Both the position numbers and the translations under genes were made by a program. A model generated the notes under the pieces. That model made no database searches. It was not told the origin of the DNA and saw nothing but the letters and a program-made list of their open reading frames with translations. From contig NC_087251.1 of NCBI RefSeq assembly GCF_037042905.1, positions 30,940,001 through 31,004,000 on the forward strand: a DNA stretch of 64,000 nucleotides, read 5' to 3'. Below are positions 55,401 through 64,000 of the stretch, one piece after another. Each line of letters starts with the position of its first letter. The stretch's first letter is position 1. This stretch comes from Lytechinus pictus (lineage: Eukaryota).

Positions 55401-58400
55401 TCCCGCTGCACCCTCTGCCATCCTGGCAACCAGAAGCTCCTGGCACAAGTTATCTGCGATGTCATCTGTACCCAGGATCTTCAGACTGGGTCACCGTTCG
55501 TCATTTCAGGGTTCATGCGTCGTCTCATACTTCAGCTGATGCTGGAGGATGAGAGTGTGTCTGTAGCGGTCAGCTCTGTGTGCCAACTGGTCAAAGGTCC
55601 TCAGTCTTGGACTGGACGTATCATTCATCCAAGTCTTGGTCTAGGTCACAAGAACATCTTGGTGGAGACCAAGCTTACAACCACCTGTACCCAGCTGATT
55701 ACATATCTAACAGGTTAGAATGTTAGAATGAATCACTTGTTTAAGTGTCAGACTCATTTATTTCACATCTCTCATAAAAACATTTAAATAACAGATACAA
55801 TGTACAAAACTATTCATACAAATACACATAATAGATCATCGTAATATGTTTGGCATAATAAACAACAACAAACACACAAAGAAGAAAAAAATACTTGAGT
55901 CATCAATTATATAAAGTGGACAGATAAGAATGAATTATGTAGCAGTGGATGTAGGGGATCAGCAATAAGCCATTGACCTGTCTAGGCTGATCCTTGTATA
56001 ATGCAAAAAAAAATCAAACAAATTAGAAGTTAATTGAATTAGGAAAAAAAATACACCCTACACAAAAAAGGAAAATAATGAATTTAATTGGGGTGGGATG
56101 GAGGGGTGTGGTTATATGCACAGAACTATATTTATCTATTAATGTAACAAATCAATAACAATATTTTATATTTCCTTTTAAAGTTAGATAAGGTTGGGCA
56201 TTGCTTTATTGCTTGGGGCAGAGAATTCCATAAAACAAGTCCACTGTAAAATATAGAACATCGAGAAAATTAATAACCACAAGTTATTATCAAGGATGTA
56301 CTTACCCTCTTATTTGAATTTAGGTGTTCAAATGAAAAAAATCATTTATACATATAAATCTATGTGGTGAAACGTACAAACTATTTTAGAAAGCAATCAC
56401 TCCATTCTTGTCTTTTCAGAGTATGTCTTCCTGTCCTCAATTTATGAGCACTTTCAAGCCATACAATGCTGAGGTTTCTATGTATTTTAGGGCATCATAA
56501 GTCACTTCAAAATGTATTGTTCCTTTGAACCATTAGCTTCTGGATTTTACTAGATTCAATTAGGTTGGAGGTATTTCATTGTAAAGTTAGGGAATAATTT
56601 ATTATAATCTAGAACGGTTATTATGAATGTTATGGTTTGCTCTTGATGTGATAGATACCCTTGGGCTGAAGAACCTCCCTGGAGATAAGAAGACAAAGCC
56701 TAGCACCGACTCAAGCAAGACGGACAAACAATCCTTTGTGATGGTTAACCTCTCCCCTGACAAACTAGATGTCACTGAAACAGAGATTAATGGAAATATC
56801 GGAAACTCTATTGGTGAGCTTATAGCTTGTTCAACTATGTATTGATCTCCTTTTTAAGCTCAGAATCATTTCAGAAAAAACAACAAGTTTTTTCATTATT
56901 TCTTCCATTATCAAGAAAAATAAATGTATTGTTAGAGAGAAAATACTTCTTGAATCTTGCTTGTTCAAATGCAGGTCATTTGACCCTAATATGGAAAGGA
57001 CTGTTGACATTAGTTCTTGTATCATACATACTACATTCCAGTCCTGGGTCATGTGATTCATTTTTATATGATTAATAGTACATTGTGGTCAATGCTAAAA
57101 TTTGTTGTATGATTAATTGTTAAGCTTGGTGTTACAGTGCCCCATTCAGTAGAGTGTATAAAATCCCAACCAATTACTGCTTCTGAAGTTCTTTCGTCAT
57201 GAATGTAATCCTCATGTCATATCCCAATTTTGGTGTTGAATTTTTACAGTGCCTCCATCCACTACTGCGTCTACTGCTGGATCTTCCACATCAGGAGGAG
57301 CCACAGGTGGAGCAGCAAGTGGAGCTACAGCATCAACCACAGCAGGAGCATCAGCAGGAGCATCAGCATCTGCCTCCTCCTCCTCTGCTTCCACCTCTGC
57401 CTCCTCTTCAACCAAGCAGCCTGAGAAGTTCCTCCTGTATCCAGGAGCTACCAACTTCCCTGCATCCATGGTGCCTACTCTCCCCCCAGAGCTCCTGCCC
57501 AAGTCCATGGATCGATGGGCTCCTTTCTTCAACACCTTCTCTAACCCTGCAGCCTCCATGACAGGAGCAGGTGCTACATCCTTCAACATGCCGGGACTGG
57601 TTCTGTCTCATGACCGTCTTGGTAGCCAGAATTTCCCGGGACGCATGACCATTGGGCAAGCTATCACTGTCCTGCAAAGGCGTGGACTGCCCGATGGATA
57701 CCCTACCCTAGAGATGAATATCAGGATGAGTACTTCACTACTCGGTGCATCAAAGACAGATAGCTCCAAGACGCAAGAAGCACAAGAAGGTATGTTACAT
57801 TTTTTATCCTTAACGATTATGTTTCACAAACCCTTTGTAGTTATGTTCATCTATTCCGTATGCTGAATATTCTTTGTATCATTGTTACAATATCTTTACT
57901 TATTCATCCCTCTCAGGTCGCAATGAGTCAAGTACCTCAGCCAGCTCCAATGATGCTGATCAACACATCCCTGAAGATGTCCTCCTGGACACTCCTCCAA
58001 TATCATCCTTCCTTGAGGTGTTTGCCCATCTAGGTGGGTTAGCTCTCATTGCTGAGCACCTCCCCCAGCTTTACCAGGACTCTCCCCTGGCTCAACAGCA
58101 GCAGCAGCAGCAGGTGAAGCAAGGTGCACAGACAAGTGCTGGAGGAAGCTCTGTTGATAAGATGACAGCAAGTGGAGGAGGGGCTTCTGCAGCAATGCAT
58201 TCTAGCTGGTGGAAGTACAGTTCAGATCTAGGAATGAAGGATCTAGGAGAGTTTGATGACTATGAGGTAATGATCCAACTTGTGGCCTTCCATGACATTG
58301 GGAACTTACCGTATATTCCAAGAGTTATTTTGTGAATCTGACAAAATGATTTTAAACTAAAGCTTTTTGATTAAAACTATCCTTTATGTTAAGACCTTAT

Positions 58401-61400
58401 TATTTGCAGATTTTCTCTCAGAACCGGGACATAAATGAAATAAAACTTGAGAGAAGAATATTTTGCATACCTATGTTACTTGTATGATGTTTATAGTGAG
58501 CTTTGCGGAGATATGAAATAAAACATACCTATGAAATTCAAATTATATTTGAGTGAACCCCGAACCTCATACCTTGTTTTCTCTTTTTTTTTTTAAGGTC
58601 TCACTTAATTTCTTCTGCCTTCAATCTGGTACTTGCATGCATTATCTGTAAATTGATTTTGACAAGGTATACATCACCTTAAAGCTTAGACTGTCCTTTT
58701 CAGGCTAAATCAAACTGTCAAAATTCATTTGAGGCAACTATTGTTTGGGTTTGTTTTGCATGGCAGGTCACATATTTTCAAACATATTCTTACTTTACAT
58801 ATTGTCCCCTCTCTCCCCTGCTGTAGGTTCTGATGGAAGGTCCTCATAGCACGACTATTTCATCGGTTGGTGGCGGCAGCACACTCGCCAGCACACTGAC
58901 CACTACCTCCAATGTACCATCCTATCCTTCCTATGGCATAGGAAGCACTGCTGCCCAGCTTCAAGCCACCTCCTTCTCCAACATTGTTCCTTTACACACC
59001 ATACCAATGACCACCTCCTCCTCATCGTCATCCTCATCGTCCTGCCCTCCTCAGGGCTCGACGACGGGTCAGTCCATGGGTAGCTGTACGGCAGCCATCC
59101 CTCCTCACTCCCTGGCAGCATTTGGGTTGTTCCTCAGGCTACCTGGGTATGCAGAGGTCTTGCTCAAGGAGCAGAAGAAGGCACAGTTTCTGCTGAGATT
59201 GATGCTTGGTGTCACAGATGATGGCGATGGAGGTAGGCTCTCTTTCCACAATAGCATATGGTTAGGGTTTAACATTGTAAAAAGCCTTCACTTTTTCTTG
59301 AATTTATTTTGAGATCTTTGGAAGGATTATGAAAAAATACCTGATATAATCCTTGTTTACATAGCAAAAAGGCTTACGCACAATAAGAAAAGTCAGACAT
59401 TGATAAATTGCTCTTTTACAAAAAAAAAATCATAAAATTATATAAGATGAAATTTGTGACTCATATCATTTAATAACTGAGTACCTTTCATTATCATAAA
59501 CAAGTTTGGAATCATCATATTACCAATTTTTTCTGTCTTTATTTGTAAAACTAAGTTTTCACATGTGAATAATCATTCCTACTTCATCAATTGGGTTTCC
59601 TTGTTTGTTGCAATCTCCAGGTCAGATTTTGTCATCCCCTCTTGCCACATCCCTACCAACGCTTCCATTCACCGTCCTGGTCACCCTCTTTGACTCCACA
59701 CCCCTGACCACCGATGACGGGGTATTGCTACGACGTATGACACTTGAGATTGGTGCTGTTCACCTTGTACTGGCTTGTCTCTCAGTACTCAGTCATCATG
59801 GTCCTAGAGGATCTTCACAGCCTGCTACAGGAGAGGGAGGTCCTGCAGTAAGTCGTTCTTTTCACTACACACAAGCCCTGGGGAACATTTCATGAAGAGT
59901 TTTGTTGGCGATTTTCACAGACTAATTTCCACTCAGCCAATCATAGGAAAGGATTTCCAGCAGCTTATAACATCTGTCTGTGAAAATCGCTGACACAACT
60001 CTTCATGAAATGCTCACCAGGCCCTGGGGAGCATATCATTGTATTGTCAGTGAAGTTGATTTCAACCAATCCAAAGTGTAAGATATTCATTTATTTGTTC
60101 AATGCCAGAATTCAAAGACCTGAAAGACATGAATATTTTATACTAGAATTTGATCTTTTTTATTCAACGTTGGTCCGGCAGCCATTAGAATGAAGATGTG
60201 AATTGGTAGTAAATTTGGTTATATGCCTGATTTAATTAAGTTTGTGCATTTCAATCCATTATACATGGATGATTCAGTACTGTGTTCATCATGTTCTTAC
60301 AGCCTCCAAATGGTAGCCAAGTTGGTGGAGTCAACGACAAGAATCAGAACTTCTGGGCCAAGGGAACAGGTTTTGGGACAGGTTCTACCACGTCAGGTTG
60401 GAATGTGGAGGAGGCCCTCGTTAGACAGAAAGCAGAAGAGGAGCATGTGACCTGTCTTCTCAAGGTAAGTTACTTAGAGTGTTTTTGGTCAAAGTTGAGA
60501 AGAATATGACTTTTCACAGACTATTAATCTTTGCATGATGTTTGAATGAACCTTGGGATGTAAATATTTGCACTTGTTGCATCAGATGCTTTTCATGTTT
60601 TGTCTGCATGAATGTTTTTTTTGTACCCAACTTACGATCGACAACTATAAATGTGGGAATACATATATTTTCATTACTCCTTTGATAATAACTATAATAA
60701 TAATATTCAGTTCTTTTATATTGCATATCACATACCATTTAACTTTTCTGCTCCCAAAGGGACTGGGATATCATTACCCTGGCTTTAGCCCGGCAATACT
60801 TTTACAGTGCATAAGCATTTCAAAGAGTACATTCCTGCCAATATTACCTAGGTTGAGTATTGCACAATGTGGATCAATTTTTTTGCTGAAGCAAATTACA
60901 CCATGATTGGGATTCGAACCCACGACCGGCTGTTTCACAGTCGGGAGACTAATCCACTGGACCACAACGTTGACTGAGAATTGCTTGAGATGAGTTGAAA
61001 GGCATATGACATGTTACTTGACTGGAGAACTGTTTTGGTTACATTGCTTTGTAGGTTCTATCAAGCTACATCAATCCAGTGAACAGTACAACATCATCAT
61101 CAGGAAGTATTGATGAGATGAGTGGTGATCTAAACCATGATCAGTTGACCACCATCTTCCCATCGGTATTCATTGAGTTACTCACCCAATCCTGCCTCAT
61201 ACCTGCAATCTCATCATACCTCAGGAATGACTCAGGTCAGTAAATCTTTCCGAGATCATAGTCCTTTTGTGTATGATGTCATAATCTCATAGCGCCCTCC
61301 CTCAGAGGATATAGAAATTTGTGTAAAAGGAGTTGTCAGAGATGCACCAGCTGGAGATCACCAATGCATTTAAGGCAATGGTTTATAACTCTAAGATGGC

Positions 61401-64000
61401 GCTGCAATGATGTCAATGCATAAGGTCTATTACTAAAAGAACGAAACAATACCAACTTGAAGACAAAATTAATGAATAGAATAAAACATTTTAATAAATG
61501 GAACATGTTTCATGGTAATCAAACCTCATCCTGAGTCTGAAAATTAGAAATAGAGTCATTGGTATTTATACATTTTTGGATATTAGGTTAAGTTGAAGAA
61601 TGTAGTTACATCACAAAACGATGAGGTACAATGTATTTTTTTTGCCCATTAAAGGTTTGATTTGTATATAATGTATTCCTTTCTCTCACATGCCAGTTCT
61701 TGACATGTCTCGTCATGTGCCGTTGTACTGTGCTGTCCTGGAGATCCTACGTGCCTTGGCTCTGTGTCCTCTCTTAGTGCACTTACTCCTTCCTCAGGGA
61801 GACAATGGAGATAAGTCTGTCATCAAGCTTCTAGAGAACATGAAGGGATGTGTAGATACATACACCTCCAAGCTCAAGTAAGACATTCCTCTCAGTTGTA
61901 GCGAGATTTCTTGTGCTCAATTAGAGCTTCAAAGATACATATTTTTTTCAAAACCCAGTGCAAATGTGTTACTTCTAATGCCATTAGCATTTTACTTTAT
62001 TCAGTGTGTGATTAGATAGTAGTGCATACAATTGCCTTGCCTAAGGTGCTGTGGCTTGGCATTGAACAATGGACCCCGAACCCAGAGCATGAAATGTTCT
62101 TCGAATGTTTCCATGGTGGATAACGTAATCATAGTCTTTCTAATGACTGTTTGTATTCTTTCTTGAAAGGAGAGGAATATTAGTTCTTCAGAGGTCCAAA
62201 ACTGATGAAGGAATGCAATCAAATTAAAGTTCTCTAAGCATTTTATTTCTTGTCTTCTCTCATCAGAATAATCAACAGTCCTAAAGACACATTACATGGT
62301 GTCACAATTAAATCATAACATAAAAGAGTTACAAAAGTGTTTTGTTATGAATGCATACCTTAAAACATAAAAATAATAAAACCCAACCCGTTTTTGTTTC
62401 ACCTGCACAGCAGAGCGAGACTATAGGCGCCGCTTTTCCGACGGCGGCGGCGTCAACATCAAATCTTAACCTAAGGATAAGTTTTTGAAATGACATCATA
62501 ACTTAAAAATTATATGGACCTAGTTCCTGAAACTTGGACATAAGGTTAATCAAGTATTACTGAACATCCTGCCTGAGTTTCAGGTCACATGACTAAGGTC
62601 AAAGGTCATTTAGGGTCAATGAACTTAGACCATGTTGGGAGAATTATTTTCAAAATCTTAACCGAAGGTTAAGTTTTTGAAATGACATCATAGCTTAGAA
62701 AGTATATGGACCCAGTTCATGAAACTTAGGCATAAGGTTGATCAGGTATTAGTGAACATCCTGCTTGAGTTTCAGGTCACATGACCAAGGTCAAAGGTCA
62801 TTTAGGGTCAATGAACTTTGGCCAAGTTGGAGGTATTTGTTGAATTACTATCATAACTTTGAAAATTTATGGATCTAGTTCATTAAACTGAAACATGAGA
62901 TAAATCAAGTATTAGTGAACATCCTGCCTGAGTTTCAGGTCACATGACCAAGATCAAAGGTCATTTAGGGTCAATGAACTTTGGCCATGTTGGGGGTATT
63001 TGTTGAATTACTATCATAACTTTGAAAATTTATGGATCTAGTTCATGAAACTTGGACATAAGGTTAATCAAGTATTAGTGAACATCCTGCCTGAGTTTCA
63101 GGTCACATGACCAAGATCAAAGGTCATTTAGGGTCAATGAACTTTGGCCAAGTTGGAGGTATTTGTTGAATTACTATCATAACTTTGAAAATTTATGGAT
63201 CTAGTTCTCGAAACTTGGACATTAGGTTAATCAAGTATCACTGAATATCCTGTGTGAGTTTCAGGACCATGGTCGATGGTCATTTAAGGTCAATGAACTT
63301 TGGCCGTGTTGGGGGTATTTGTTAAATTACCATCCTAACTCTGAAAGTTTATGGATCTAGTTCATAAAACTTGGACTTAAGAGTAATCAAGTATCACTGA
63401 ACATCCTGTACGAGTTTCAGGTCACATGACCATGGTCAAAGGTCATTTAAGGCCAATGAACTTTGGCCGTGTTGGGGGTATTTGTTGAATTACCATCCTA
63501 ACTCTGAAAGTTTCTGGATCTAGTTCATAAAACTTGGGATATAAGAATAATCAAGTATCACTGAACATCCCCTGTGAGTTTCAGGTCACAAAACCAAGTT
63601 CAAAGGTCAGTTAAGGTCAATAAACTTAGGCCATGTTGGGGTAGTTGTTGAATTGCCATCATAACTTTGAAAATTTATGGATAGAGTGAAAGAAATGTGG
63701 ACATGGGTGTAGTTGACAAGTCTTAAGTCACCGTTCAAGTGTCATTTATGGTCAATGAACGTGATATTATGTCATTATATGAATGGTGTTTTTGTGAATG
63801 ATTATTTTATAGTAGTTTTCAAAGTTAGCATTGCTGCTATATTAAATCGCGTAATGCAGACGAGACTGCCAGAGGCGTTCCACTTGTTACTAGATTCAGT
63901 TTAGGAGTGTTTTTAAAGTAATTGTCTTTGTTTACCTCACCAACCTTTAGACTTGTAAAGCCAAGCAAGAAGTCAAGCTCGAGGCACAGTTCCACCAAAG
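10314..64000 (+). CDS. BIRC6: BIRC6/BRUCE/Apollon, baculoviral IAP repeat-containing protein 6 (3' end incl. UBC domain outside window)
   Basis: Exons: 10314-10491, 16866-17047, 21500-21628, 21927-22186, 22501-22546, 23761-23843, 24078-24198, 24745-25070, 26070-26146, 26422-26547, 27301-28908, 29447-29672, 30145-30296, 30622-31101, 31664-31823, 32415-32585, 33000-33119, 33695-33949, 34290-34699, 35371-35573, 36186-36395, 37022-37133, 37703-37917, 38288-39033, 39333-39481, 40395-40574, 41601-41782, 42795-42887, 44989-45225, 45508-45691, 46159-46410, 46746-47695, 48033-48169, 48577-49466, 50135-50362, 50657-50854, 51089-51416, 51881-52143, 52561-52666, 53121-53339, 53781-53950, 54309-54568, 54993-55713, 56655-56813, 57250-57789, 57917-58266, 58827-59232, 59621-59847, 60303-60464, 61055-61235, 61697-61877, 63951->64000. 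Hallmark motifs: YHPxLN, DDRAMCFTCSVCLVCWEPTDEPWSEHERHSP, PRFSATVPP, IERMHSGARR..LDFGRP, IPPHSLAAFGLFLRLPGYAEVLLKE, WAKGTGFGTGST, SSYLRNDSVLDM. Confidence 0.97.
10729..11038. mobile_element. Tourist/PIF-Harbinger-like MITE, TAA TSD, ~62-bp perfect TIRs
   Basis: TAA|GGCCCGTATTCTGAAGTCGGGTTTAACTTAAACTCAGGTTTAAAGTTGTGGTTTAAGTATGG ... exact reverse complement ..TACGGGCC|TAA. Confidence 0.93.
11186..11616. mobile_element. MITE with 23-bp perfect TIRs and 5-bp TSD GTCAA
   Basis: GTCAA|CAGTAGAGGCGCACGGCCAATAT ... ATATTGGCCGTGCGCCTCTACTG|GTCAA. Confidence 0.9.
11715..11986 (+). repeat. Local direct duplication (~75-85 bp, ~188 bp apart)
   Basis: ATCTGACTG.TGTTGCCTCATTGA..TTCATTTCCTGTCAAAATGAAT at ~11715 and ~11903. 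Confidence 0.7.
12199..12720. mobile_element. Tc2-like element left end with GC-rich interior (right end not found)
   Basis: TA|CCGTATTTTCCGGTGTATTAACCGCACC, same AACCGCACC subterminal motif as 15070-16123. Confidence 0.5.
15070..16123. mobile_element. Tc2-like (Tc1/mariner) non-autonomous element, TA TSD
   Basis: TA|CCGTAAGTAACGGACTATAAACCGCACC ... GGTGCGGTTAATAGACCGTTACTTACGG|TA; subterminal CCGTGGAT.AACCGCACCCCCAACTTT repeated at both ends. Confidence 0.88.
16455..16577. mobile_element. Small MITE
   Basis: GGGTGA..GACATTTGCTCCGG ... CCGAAGCAAATGTCGTGTCACCC. Confidence 0.6.
16866..17047 (+). CDS. BIRC6: BIRC6 coding exon 2 (missing from ORF track)
   Basis: ECRYLSGSDQLFLTDGYSVGLRKDLGGVLLLDSALQT..VMVEIPYSE; tandem GAG/AAG acceptors (16863 or 16866); donor gtgagg. 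Confidence 0.9.
17511..17848 (+). repeat. 31-bp AT-rich tandem array (~11 copies), left arm of foldback
   Basis: Unit TTATTTGTTTTTCATTATTTATAAATAATGA. Confidence 0.93.
20821..21045 (-). repeat. 31-bp tandem array (~7 copies), right arm of foldback
   Basis: Reverse complement of the left-arm unit. Confidence 0.92.
21500..21628 (+). CDS. BIRC6: BIRC6 coding exon 3
   Basis: ttgcag|ASQLLACLRK..HKTTK|gtaacg, phase 0-0. Confidence 0.9.
21927..24198 (+). CDS. BIRC6: BIRC6 BIR domain exons (21927-22186, 22501-22546, 23761-23843, 24078-24198)
   Basis: YSEATRRQTFAQWPHMDYKWALPEPMAQAGFYHQPSSIGDDRAMCFTCSVCLVCWEPTDEPWSEHERHSPTCPFV; intact C-x2-C-x16-H-x6-C zinc ligands. Confidence 0.96.
22723..23583. 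mobile_element. pogo/Fot1-like non-autonomous element, TA TSD; related right-end fragment at ~13960-14212
   Basis: TA|GGGGGAAGGTGGGATAAGTTG ... CAACTTACCCCGCCTTCCCC|TA; repeated GGGGCAAGTTGAGCCA subterminal motifs. Confidence 0.85.
24434..24507 (+). repeat. 38-bp tandem duplication
   Basis: TAAGTTATAGAAAGTAGAAGACAAAATAAGTCAATT x2. Confidence 0.85.
24745..25070 (+). CDS. BIRC6: BIRC6 exon (propeller region plus Ser/Thr linker)
   Basis: atag|ISCVSEG..GRVCIWEV..|gtaagc. Confidence 0.85.
25190..25615. mobile_element. Fully palindromic PIF/Harbinger-like MITE, TTA TSD
   Basis: TTA|GGCTCGAATTCACGGAGGTGGTTTTGAAAACC ... GGTTTTGAAAACCACCTTTGTGAATTCGGGCC|TTA; arms pair to a centre near 25410. Confidence 0.9.
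27301..28908 (+). CDS. BIRC6: BIRC6 largest exon (1608 nt)
   Basis: taccag| acceptor, a|gtgagt donor; ALTYCTGMERLCVCTGGGKISFLQL motif; lies within the 584-aa ORF. Confidence 0.9.
29447..29672 (+). CDS. BIRC6: BIRC6 exon
   Basis: LTKFEILVPRFSATVPPSWTEIQQEQQQRRHPQHL..HTRTWKLQPD. Confidence 0.93.
30145..31823 (+). CDS. BIRC6: BIRC6 exons 30145-30296, 30622-31101, 31664-31823
   Basis: EHLFEIVLPRICAVGHIDIKF; DVLCGP; GCDWIQELSITV; phases consistent. Confidence 0.88.
32415..34699 (+). CDS. BIRC6: BIRC6 exons 32415-32585, 33000-33119, 33695-33949, 34290-34699
   Basis: CYLEADRSLAHKCSRFLALCL; SSGSLHWFF; GLLEVEPLHFACCGMSDG. Confidence 0.9.
35371..39481 (+). CDS. BIRC6: BIRC6 exons 35371-35573, 36186-36395, 37022-37133, 37703-37917, 38288-39033, 39333-39481
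   Basis: SPLFMTPP; IERMHSGARRYAVLDFGRPIVLTDVYIPAC; DDIQCRYSLA; FPQDRVFLLL. Confidence 0.92.
35651..35821. mobile_element. Degenerate inverted copy of the 39927 MITE family
   Basis: GTTTCATGATAGGACTTGTCAGA ... GTTGTCAGATCAGACAACTTG. Confidence 0.6.
39927..40243. mobile_element. Head-to-tail dimer of a ~157-bp Harbinger-like MITE (160-bp period)
   Basis: CAG|GGGGGCGTTTCAT..ATGAAACGCTCCC|CTG|GAGAGCGTTTCAT..ATGAAACGCTCCC|CTG. Confidence 0.88.
40395..46410 (+). CDS. BIRC6: BIRC6 exons 40395-40574, 41601-41782, 42795-42887, 44989-45225, 45508-45691, 46159-46410
   Basis: LDLPLVGWVLLFLSR; LLLAMDFTCHVDLFLVTCKVLARIANATRP; WGGPWPSHAITCLL. Confidence 0.88.
40601..40976. mobile_element. MITE with internal TGCATCGGC/GCCGATGCA repeats
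   Basis: TA|CCGTGTTAACAC..TGCATCGGCT ... AGCCGATGCACATGTAAACACGG|TA. Confidence 0.8.
41252..41368. mobile_element. Harbinger-like MITE, CTG TSD
   Basis: CTG|GGCCCCGTTGCGTAAAAGTTA ... TAACTTTTATGCAACAGGGCC|CTG. Confidence 0.75.
44460..44790 (+). repeat. 115-bp tandem repeat, ~3 copies
   Basis: AGCTATGA.AGTGAACAA at 44461, 44576, 44691; TGTGTTGGCTTTAGAA and TATGGCCAT.TCATTGAGA in each copy. Confidence 0.88.
46420..46497. mobile_element. Tiny TTAA-flanked CCC..GGG element (piggyBac-like remnant)
   Basis: TTAA|CCCTTTTAGAGCTGGG ... CCCGGCCTTTAGGGG|TTAA. Confidence 0.45.
46746..49466 (+). CDS. BIRC6: BIRC6 exons 46746-47695, 48033-48169, 48577-49466
   Basis: DARLDQDLE; LLQLWLT; VGPLDAQITFLE; LSEPLLWYTLSVL. 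Confidence 0.9.
50135..55713 (+). CDS. BIRC6: BIRC6 exons 50135-50362 through 54993-55713 (incl. DOC-like region)
   Basis: GLTNFAPYG; WCDLTITLPSAVVLEEIHILPHVTNLATCPSAVSVEIS; WLRLLHHCL; HPGNQKLLAQVIC; ISGFMRRLILQLMLEDE. Confidence 0.92.
55750..56270 (-). mobile_element. 5'-truncated CR1/L2-group LINE: ORF2 C-terminus plus 3' UTR
   Basis: Minus strand from ~56269 reads FSRCSIFYSGLVLWNSLPQAIKQCPTLSNFKRKYKILLL (WNSLP..FK motif), then a T-rich UTR with a GGATCAGC..GCTGATCC stem. Confidence 0.75.
56655..61877 (+). CDS. BIRC6: BIRC6 exons 56655-56813 through 61697-61877
   Basis: FAHLGGLALIAEHLP; IPPHSLAAFGLFLRLPGYAEVLLKE; TTDDGVLLRRM; WAKGTGFGTGST; LDMSRHVPLY. Confidence 0.93.
59881..60017. mobile_element. 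Harbinger-like MITE (related partial copy ~45702-45815)
   Basis: CTG|GGGAACATTTCATGAAGAGTT ... AACTCTTCATGAAATGCTCAC|CAG. Confidence 0.75.
60685..60969 (-). mobile_element. tRNA-derived SINE
   Basis: Minus strand A box TGGTCCAGTGG, B box GGTTCGAATCC, ~200-bp body, (ATT)n tail at ~60685-60705. Confidence 0.8.
61258..61430. mobile_element. Small MITE, ATAG.CCTT..AAGGTCTAT ends
   Basis: ATAGTCCTT..TGATGTCA..AGCGCC ... GGCGCT..TGATGTCA..AAGGTCTAT. Confidence 0.55.
62391..63888 (+). mobile_element. Helentron/DINE-1-like non-autonomous element with internal 163-bp tandem array
   Basis: Starts in a T run; 5' subTIR GTTTCACCTGCA and 3' TGCAGACGAGAC; (CGG)n microsatellite; 7 core repeats; short 3' tail ending CACTTGTT. 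Confidence 0.75.
62480..63700 (+). repeat. ~163-bp tandem repeat, 7 copies
   Basis: GAGTTTCAGG anchor (cagg) at 62581, 62773, 62936, 63099, 63262, 63418, 63582. Confidence 0.93.

Noticed and set aside
60900..60969. tRNA gene on minus strand
   Set aside because: A and B boxes are present, but the anticodon stem does not pair, and the sequence continues into a SINE body and (ATT)n tail.

Overview
AT-rich, intron-rich animal genomic DNA. The gene structure and repeat families suggest a sea urchin or other echinoderm, but that is inference. Two + strand spliced genes are present. (1) The last 7 coding exons of a TANGO1/MIA3-cTAGE5 family gene (coiled-coil end plus proline-rich tail, stop at 4511-4513). 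(2) About 52 coding exons of BIRC6/BRUCE/Apollon, from ATG 10314 off the right edge; the BIR domain is at ~22130-24120 and the UBC domain lies beyond the window. I traced every exon with GT-AG boundaries and consistent phases. The introns are packed with non-autonomous DNA transposons (Tc1/Tc2/pogo-like with TA TSD, PIF/Harbinger-like with TWA or CWG TSD, one with a 5-bp TSD), a tRNA-derived SINE, a LINE 3' fragment and a Helentron/DINE-like element with 163-bp tandem repeats. The most striking structure is a ~3.95-kb foldback element in the intron between BIRC6 coding exons 2 and 3 (17292-21244). It is one giant hairpin closing on a 9-nt loop, has an 8-bp TSD, and has modular arms (31-bp AT arrays, a promoter-like module, ~290-bp inner units). 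I found no prokaryotic-type system (CRISPR etc.). All family assignments come from motif recognition, not database searches.
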